A stretch of DNA of 64,000 nt, from assembly GCF_009914755.1 (NCBI RefSeq), contig NC_060937.1, one strand, 5' to 3'. Of the stretch, positions 55,192-64,000 are shown in pieces (the stretch's first letter is position 1; each line of letters starts with the position of its first letter). Both the position numbers and the translations under genes were made by a program. The stretch is from the human T2T-CHM13v2.0 reference genome, Homo sapiens. Under the pieces are notes generated by a model, which saw nothing but the letters and a program-made list of their open reading frames with translations, did not search any database and was not told where the DNA came from.

Positions 55192-55270
55192 AGTGTACCT
55201 ATCATTACAGTAGAGGACTTAAATATGTGAGTGTACCTATCATTACAGTAAAGGACTTAAATATGTGAGT

Positions 55271-55271
<1 letters not shown>
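55192..55271. repeat. 38-bp tandem duplication
   Basis: AGTGTACCTATCATTACAGTA(G/A)AGGACTTAAATATGTG twice, one mismatch. Confidence 0.95.
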
Positions 55272-55273
<2 letters not shown>

Positions 55274-55326
<53 letters not shown>

Positions 55327-55384
55327 GTCAGTTAATATAGGGACTTAGTTAATAATATATATATAAATACTATATATATATAAT

Positions 55385-55421
<37 letters not shown>
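55274..55421. repeat. Compound (CT)n(AT)n microsatellite cluster
   Basis: (CT)~15 followed by several (AT)n tracts. Confidence 0.95.
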
Positions 55422-55423
<2 letters not shown>

Positions 55424-56389
55424 TTCGGTTAAATGTTGATGTAGGCAGAAATGATTAGAGGTGTTCAGAGAAGGCTACATGGAAGCCATGGGCTTCAAAT
55501 GAAGTGGATGGCACAGAGGACAATGAGTTTGATTGGCCTCAGTAGAAGCAAGGGCATCACAACTCTGCTAGTTCAGGGGCAGTCAGGAGAGAAGTAAAAT
55601 CAAGAACAAGTGAGAGTTTGGGTTGTGATTTTAGGCATAAGGAGAAACATATACTCCTTTCTTTTTATATTCTTATTTGTTTGCCCACAGCATCAAATAA
55701 AAACAGGTAAAACTCTTTGAATATGCATTTTAAGGAATTTAAAAAATAAAACATTAAAAGTACTTGAATATGTAAATCTGCTTTATAAAATCGGTCAATT
55801 GAAAATGTGGCAACATGTATGATGCCATCTTCAAATGTCAGTAGTAAGAACCATAACAGAATGTCAGTTAATGAAGGTGGCGTTACCATATTGAGTCTAT
55901 CACTGGGCATTTGAACAAACTCTTAGAGATGACAGTTAATAGTACACAAATTATGCCCAGTTAGAAGTCAAAGCTTGGGGCTCTTCTAAGGCCTTTCAAA
56001 TAAAACAATAGGTGAGTGCCATTCAATTCATAATCTTGAATTGAGGAGTTGTTTCCCAATGGGAAATCTACATTTCATTATTATACAATAGGGCATAAAA
56101 TTCTTGGTTAATTTTTGTAAATGTGGACACTACAGATTCCTGTATATTTATTTTACGGTTACATGTATATTTAAATAGAAAGACATAACTAGTCCAATTT
56201 CCAATTCCAATGAACAGAAAGCCTAGAAGGAAACTCTTAGGTTTGAGGATATCAGATTTATTATTGGTAACATGAGGAAAAGCTCTTGCATTCAGAACCA
56301 ATTCTCTCTTTTGAGTTAGGAATAAAACACATACACACTCCTTTACTTTAATAGATGATACCATACCTCCAGTTATCTCCCTTTAATTC

Positions 56390-56720
56390 AATTTTGTTAA
56401 ATAAAATTTACCATAGGCCTAATGTATCCTCAAGATACTATTCTGGGAAAAAAAGAAAATATGAAGACAAGTAAGACACAGTCCTAAAATTCAAGGAGTG
56501 GCCAACCTAGTGGAAGAGACAGCATATTCACATGTTATAATTCATATTCACATGAGTTATACTGCAGCTTCTTAGGTACAGAGGATGGAGAAGTGGAGAA
56601 TGAGAATGTCTGCTTAGAGGAAAGCATTAGAGCTCGGCCTTAAAAGAGGAAAGGTTTTCACATGGACAGCGAAGGGCAGAAAATTAATTCCAGGCACAGG
56701 GAACAGCAAATTGGAGAAAA
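56390..56720 (-). mobile_element. L2 3' fragment
   Basis: AAGACACAGTCCTAAAATTCAAGGAG...CTAGTGGAAGAGACAG...ATTCCAGGCACAGGGAACAGCA. Confidence 0.65.
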
Positions 56721-58043
56721 GAATAAAATACTTTAACTGAATCATGCTATTTCAGAGGACTTTATGGAAATGCTTAGTTTTTGAAAAGAGGAACCATGGA
56801 GGAGCCTCAACCGTTCCCCCTACCCCACCTACCCGCACTCCCTGCATTTCTATTCCAAATGAAATGTAAAATGTTGGTTCTGTACATAGTGATTCATTCA
56901 TCGATGAATGTGTAGCGATACCTATTGTGTGTGCTCTACAGTGTCATTGGTACTTCTGATGTATGTTCCAGGTACATTAATTCATCCATTCATTCACTCA
57001 AAAATACCATTGGGTTGCTACTGTATGCCAGGAAGTTTGCAAGACCAGGGCTGTAGAAATAGTCCCTGTCTTGTAAAAAACTGCAGTGCAAGAAATAACC
57101 ATTTTTTTCTTTACTTTTTAAAACTTTTGTTCAAATCAGGACTATTTAAAGATGTAATTTTTTCCTACTCAAGTATATTAATTGAAATAGTATGTAGGCC
57201 ATTTTAGCTATTAATGTTTAAAGTGAAAGGCAGTTATTATACATTTATTTCCAAAGAAATTCAAAAGGAAACAAGGTTTATCACCAATCTTTATATCTAA
57301 AAATATGACTAGATAGTATTATATGTGAGCTTCACAAAGAGTAGTCCCAACTATGCACAGGCCTCGTTGTTTTTCTTTTTCTTTTTCTTTTTTTTTCATG
57401 GCACATTAATTAAAATGTTAAAACATCTTGAGTTATCTTACTTTCCTGTTTGTTTTGTTAAAAAATAATATAAAAGCCACTGCTGACACACTGACAGTCT
57501 GTTGACAGCTTTAGCTTCCAGAGTGTTTGGAAGACTATTCCTGGGGCATTACGTTTGAAAAGAGTTCAAAGTGATTGTAAACTTGTTTAGATTGTGATAT
57601 TGAAAACAACACTGGGTGAAATTGTGCTTCTAACTGTCTCAAATGAATCTGTTAGCATCGCTGTCTCTTCCCAGGGGTACTTAGAAATTAATTTTCGATC
57701 TATAGTCTTATTCCCTAAGGATTTACACAGGGAACGAAGCAAAATTGTGAATTTTTGAAGATTTTTTTTCTAAAGAATGACCTATTAAGTTTAAAGTAGT
57801 ACCAATGTGATGTATCAAATACAGTCTTTTTAAAAAATAATTCCTTTCATTCTTAGCCATTAGAAAAATTAACAGGAAATGGAAATGCTATTGAACCTGC
57901 TTCCTCTTTCTAGCAGTGAGGAGCAGAGGGCAGAAAGCCCCACCTTGCCTTCATGCAGGTGATATTCTCACCTCTCAGCGTGTGTTTGTGCCTCTATCCT
58001 TAGTTTTCTCTAATTTCTAACTCTAAGGTAGTAGAGCTCTTAA

Positions 58044-58401
<358 letters not shown>

Positions 58402-58669
58402 TAATTGCTTCCCACATGCTAAGGGAGAATCAGGTCGCATAATGAGGCTTTGTAGGGGAAAACGTGGTTTTCACACTTACTTTCAAGGGAAGGGAGTACT
58501 CAAGCTATGCTGATGTGGGAACGTGCATCCTAAGGACCTGATAACCAAGACTAAACTAAAATCAGTAAAATCCATGGGTGTATGGATCAGTAGAGGTGAG
58601 CTTCTCAGGACAGGCTGAACTATTGGGGAATGAAAGGACATATGCCCCACATAAGAAAAACAACCCCAT

Positions 58670-58810
58670 CATACAGTCAGAGTTTGAGTTGCTTCTTGCT
58701 AGCCATGCGACCCTGACAATTCAGTTTCTGAACTTTCTGACCCCCATACCTCTCATCCATAAAACGAGGAGTAGTACTACTGATTTGGCAAGACTGTTGC
58801 AAGAATAATG
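58670..58810 (+). mobile_element. MIR fragment
   Basis: CTTGCTAGCCATGCGACCCTGACAA...CTCTCATCCATAAAACGAGGAGTAGTA. Confidence 0.55.
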
Positions 58811-60058
58811 CCGGCGAAATTTGATTTGAAATGAGGACCTATTAAAATGCAAGGCATTCTAGTCTATGATAGACATTTTCTAGGTCACGTTCTGAACATC
58901 TTGAGATATCTGTTGTACATCATGTCTTGTCCCATTGTGGGGAGTATGGGATTGAATCCTTCAGCCTTTCTCAACTGTGAAACTAAGTCATTCATTTAAT
59001 GTTATGAATGAATTCTAGAATGGTACTAGTTAAGTACATTTTGGGGAGAATTGAGAAAATAGTCACTGAAATCCGGTTTTCCACTCTCTGCTTCAGTTGA
59101 GAAATCCTGCTGAGAAAGACTGTGAGATACTAAACTATTCATGCTCTCTGAGTGAAAAAGCTTAAGAAAACCTAAAAAACAAACAAACAAACAAACAGAT
59201 TTAAATAAATTTTAAAGCCCCTTGCCTTGAAATATATTTCAGAATATCACTTTTGACTTTTTTTTGGTGAATTCCATGCTAAGATTATGAATTAACTTTT
59301 GCATTCTCTTTCCTTGTGCACTACATTGTGCTGAGGGCTAGTGCACAAAGAGAAACACAAATATTAATATCTTATGTTAATGTAAATGTGAATATCTTAT
59401 AATAATTATGAGCATAGAACCCAAAACTTTTTGTAATTCCTAATAACTACTTTTATGATGGTGATGAAGATGACGGAGAAGTCTGAAATACTAGTAGTTA
59501 TCAAATAAAAAGATATTAATATCTAAGCTATAGAATTATTTCATATTGCAAGATGATTTTCTTAGTAAACTGAGCAAATAAACTCACTCCTGTCTTTGTG
59601 ATATGAATCCACAGTTTTATTTTTACTCTGCTAGGAAATTTTCAACATTTGTCGTTTATTCTCAGTTTAAGTCAGTATGGTGTGAAATACTGGGTAATAT
59701 AAAAACAAATGTCTTTATCTGTCTATTAATGTTTTTGTCTCTATTAAACATTTTCCATGGATCATGCCCGTGTTTGTGCTTTGCTTTGACATAGGGATTA
59801 TAATTTCAGTACTGCAAATGAAAATCTTGAAAAGTCAGGAGGCAAGAGGGATTTAGCCCAAGACTATCAAAAGCTCTTGGCATTTGTTCTCTCTCACCTC
59901 CTTTCCACATTCATTTCCAACTTCAGATTTATGATGGATTTTATGATAGTACATGGTTCAAAGAGAAATAGCATTTTTTTTAAATGCCCAGGGATAAACC
60001 AAATAAAACATTTATGACAAATTTTCAGAAAAACCACAGACTGGAAGATGTTACTATA

Positions 60059-60210
60059 TAGTGGTTCTCTAAGCATCACCTGGGAACTTGGTAGAAATGC
60101 AAATTCTCAGGTCCCACCACAGATACACTGAATCTGAAACTCTGGGAGTGGGGCCCAGCAATCTGGTTTCACACACCCTGTGGGTGATTCTGACCAAGTT
60201 TGAGAATCAC
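60059..60210. mobile_element. MER5A hAT-Charlie MITE
   Basis: AGTGGTTCTC...GCATCACCTGGGAACTTG...AGAAATGCAAATTCTCAGG...GGGGCCCAGCAATCTG...AAGTTTGAGAATCAC. Confidence 0.9.
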
Positions 60211-60823
60211 ACTTCCTGAACAGTGCCTCACTCTCTCACTTAAATGACTCAGTTTTTCTAGTTTAATACACAAGCATCAGCGCTATAAACACCACATTTA
60301 AAAGAAAATCTGGAAAAGACAGGAAGAGTTTCCACTTCATTCTGGGGGGGAAAAAGAAAGAGTTGTTTTAGGGCCATCACTTTGAGAGAGGAGGGAATGT
60401 ACGTGAGACCTTGTATGCATTTCCAACTGGGATTATGACTGGTTGTGTGACCCGTCAGGGGGGATACTAATATGTTCACAGCTGCCTATTAGAGTCACTT
60501 ATAGTAGAAAGCTCACAATACTCAAGGATCAAAACAGGGCAGATAAAATCTGTTGTTTAAAGCACCAAATATGGCTGTAGATTCACTCAGTAAATGTGAA
60601 TAATAGGAAGTTTATTTTCAATTTTAAGTTCTTTAAAAATTTTACTTAAAAATAGATTCAAGTTTTCATGCTCTTCAAGCGTGCTTTATAAACTATATCA
60701 CTCTTTTCCATCAGCCCCCTGAGATTGGGTAGCATAGCAAATGGTAGCCACTCTATGGCAAATGCTCTCAGCATATAGACTGTGAAAAATTCTGTTGTGG
60801 AAATGATTCTAGTTGAACCAAAC

Positions 60824-61246
60824 TGTTACAGGAAAGGAATCCCAATCCAGACCCCAAGAGAGGATTTTTGGATCTCATGCATGAAAGAATTCAGGGTGAG
60901 TCCACAGTGCAAAGTGAAAGCAAGTTTATTACATCTACCCTAGGTATAATAGTTGTATATATGTAGGGTAAAAAAAGATCGTGGGGAGATGTGCTGTGCT
61001 ACAAGAGTTTGTGATAAAGAATTAATTTTCTTACTATATTTTGCAAGAATCAATATTATTATCTTTAAAGCAAAATTAGGAATGCCTTTGTTTTCAAGAC
61101 ATCTGGATATCAAGACAATCCCAAGTCTAGGTCTGTTCAACAAACATTATCAATTTGTTCCCTCAACTGCTAGGAATAGCTTTTGGAGAATGCAGCCCAG
61201 TTCCAGAGTCCCTCGTTTTCCTAGCCCTCACTCAACACCTCTGACA
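60824..61246 (-). mobile_element. MER4-family (ERV1) solo LTR
   Basis: TG...CA ends (TGTTACAGGAAAGG...CCAGACCCCAAGAGAGG ... CCTCTGACA) with a 4-bp TSD AAAC. Confidence 0.9.
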
Positions 61247-61645
61247 AAACTGCACCAAAATGTGTCATATATGTAGAAACTCATCTTCTACAAGCTATAC
61301 AAAGCAATCCCTTATCTGTTAGAAAGTAAGGACTAAACAAATTAACAAAAGGACTAGGATGATTGAAAAGATATTGGTGCCTTATTATGAATGTTTGCCA
61401 AGACATTTATAAATAAGATAGAGATGTTAAAAGAAAAAACAATGTAAATTCTATTGCCTAATGTGTACTTCCATTTCAAATATCTAGTTCACATATTAGT
61501 AGGTATCATTCATCTTAATTGGGTTCAAGAAGGCTCTTCACTGCTAATGGCAAATCAATCACCATCTCTGAACACTGCAGTATGTACTCATGACCTGTAG
61601 ATTGTGTTGGAATTTTAATACATGGGGAAGTATTTTGAAAAGTTA

Positions 61646-61987
<342 letters not shown>

Positions 61988-62939
61988 TCAAGGGACTTTG
62001 TTAAAAAGATTGTAATCTCATATTAGCAGTCTAGTAATTGGATTTTTTCATTTAACAGAGGAAAAAGAACTGTATTTTAATGAGAGTATATTTTTAAAAA
62101 GCAATTTCTTCTTTTTGCCATGCTATTTTCATTCGTAGTATTTTAGAGAGTGGACTTTTTTTTAGCATGGAATTATGTGTATGATATTCCTTTGACCTAG
62201 CAATCACAGTACTAATAGGCTTCACATCTGTTTACTTTTAAAGAAATGTGAGCATTTTGATAGAAAACACTATTAATGAAGTTTTTTGAAAAAAATGACA
62301 TTCTGAACATATTAAATGACGTTAAATTAAAAAAATCAAAAGATAGTAAGACTGAGAAGGCTTTTCCAATCCTAGAGGGATTCAGAAGTAATTTCAAAAC
62401 AAAGATGGGGAGGAAAGCTTCTCCTTCCTCCAGCAACCTTTTCTCTCCTTACATGAAACTATGACTTTAACCTCTTCTTGGCTGCAAAGTGAAATCTATT
62501 TTTTTAAGGGTGAAAGAGGTATGAGTACTTAGGAGAGGAATAAAACAACACGTATTGGATTCTATGGTGCCAAGCTTGATTTGCCTCTGGCTTGGCCATT
62601 CCAAGAAGAGCTTAAGCTTTTTCATCTTAACTCTGATGCACAATCTTAATTTAAACTGTATGAGATTTGCCCTGATGCACACCAGTTTCATCCGTTTCTG
62701 GTATCAACAAAATCAAAGCGTCTAACTTTTTCAAACACAAAGGGATGAATTGTGAATACCTGCTGAATTTCCACAAGTCAACAACCTAACAAAACCACAA
62801 AAAAAGACGAGGTAACTTTTTTCTTAAGTGAAAAGTAGCCTAACACTAGAAAAGAGAACATTTATTTCTGTTAATCTGGGCATTAATAAAAGGTGCTGGG
62901 CCATAATTATAGTTCCCTTTGTCATTTAATAGAGAGGTA

Positions 62940-63015
62940 GAAAAATGCAGATTTTTATTCCCTTTGCCTAGGGCGGAACCTGAGATTCTGCATTTCTAAC
63001 AGGCTCCGGGTGATT
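62940..63015. mobile_element. MER5A fragment
   Basis: AAAATGCAGATT...CCTGAGATTCTGCATTTCTAACAGGCTCCGGGTGAT. Confidence 0.6.
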
Positions 63016-63199
63016 AGATGTCACTGAACGTTGTCACATTGTGTACCAAGGGTAAATATGTATAATTTCTTATGAATGATAGGCTCCTTTCCACCATCTT
63101 CACAGAGGTTAGACAAAGCTAAGGCAAGAAACCAACTGAGAACAGATATTTTATCTAGTACAGCTTTCATATACGCACAACGTTCAGAAAATGAAAATG

Positions 63200-63280
63200 A
63201 ACATTTCTCAGCCTCAATCTCCTCTTCTATAATTTGAGAGGCTTGGAAGCTTCTTCCAGACCTAAGATTTTATGATTCTA
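63200..63280 (+). mobile_element. MIR3 fragment
   Basis: GCCTCAATCTCCTCTTCTATAA...TTCCAGACCTAAGATTTTATGATTCTA. Confidence 0.5.
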
Positions 63281-63639
63281 CTGGGCACTAAATAAATCCT
63301 CTATGAATATATGAATGAGCAAGGGAATTAGTGAATTTTGAGTTGCCAGTTTAACTATAAGGAAGTGGCTCTTTTGTTCTCCCATTATTACTTACAGAGG
63401 AGCTTGGGGTATATGTGAGTCATTTCATAAACTTCAGACAGAGGAGAACGTGTGAAATAATGGCCTAAGAGAGAAAGTAAATGGGGAAGAAAGAAATATA
63501 ATAGGCCAGACAGACCACATTTTAAGTGTTAACTTCAGGTGAGAGACCATGAATTTAAACTGAGATCAGTCCACAAGGCTGTGTTTTTTATCTGTAGTCA
63601 CAGCAGAGTGACTGTTTCGAACATGTGAAATGTTCTGGG

Positions 63640-64000
63640 TCTCTATTTCCAGTGGGTTTTAACAAAGGTTACAATTTTGTTAGTTTGCACAAGAGTTGGT
63701 TTTAACAAGGGTAATAGGCCCTGGAATTGGGTCAGGTAAGGAGGAGAGTGAGGTTCTGAGGGACGGAAGCACAGGAAAGGCAGTAGAATAATGAATTGTA
63801 CTTTATGTTGGTTTGTACTTCCCTGAAGGATTGTTGAGATGGGAGTTACAAGGGGCAAGCTAGAGTGTGGAAGGCTTGAAAATGGGGTTATGGAAGGTAA
63901 CTTAGTAATGGCAAGGTCTAGGGTGTGACTACCTAAGTCACATAATGTCACATCTCTGCTCCAGGTATTATGGCGATGATGAAGGTGTGAAAAAGAGAAA
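63640..64000 (-). mobile_element. L2 LINE internal (ORF2 endonuclease) fragment
   Basis: Minus-strand translation SHTLDLAIT resembles the GHTLDLVIT motif of L2/CR1 endonucleases; purine-rich + strand. Confidence 0.55.

Overview
AT-rich, CpG-depleted primate genomic DNA, very probably human or great ape (AluY, AluS, AluJ and L1PA2 are present). I found no convincing protein-coding exon, RNA gene, CpG island or CRISPR array and cannot name a host gene. The window looks like a large intron or intergenic DNA. Most recognisable structure is transposon-derived: about 12 Alu/monomer copies, many with target-site duplications (TSDs); L1PA/L1MA 3' ends; L2, MIR and CR1/L3 fossils; MER5/MER20/MER58/MER94 hAT elements; MER4 and MaLR solo LTRs; and a near full-length Tigger5 (pogo) DNA transposon with a decayed transposase, nested in an L2. 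The most notable non-TE structures are a 31-bp-stem pre-miRNA-like hairpin (29944-30020), a perfect 29-bp palindromic tandem repeat (30982-31086) and a ~246-bp, ~92% identical direct repeat bracketing 1.1 kb (38960-40547). I see no evidence for a novel multi-gene system. Repeat subfamily calls come from remembered consensus sequences and boundaries of old repeats are approximate.
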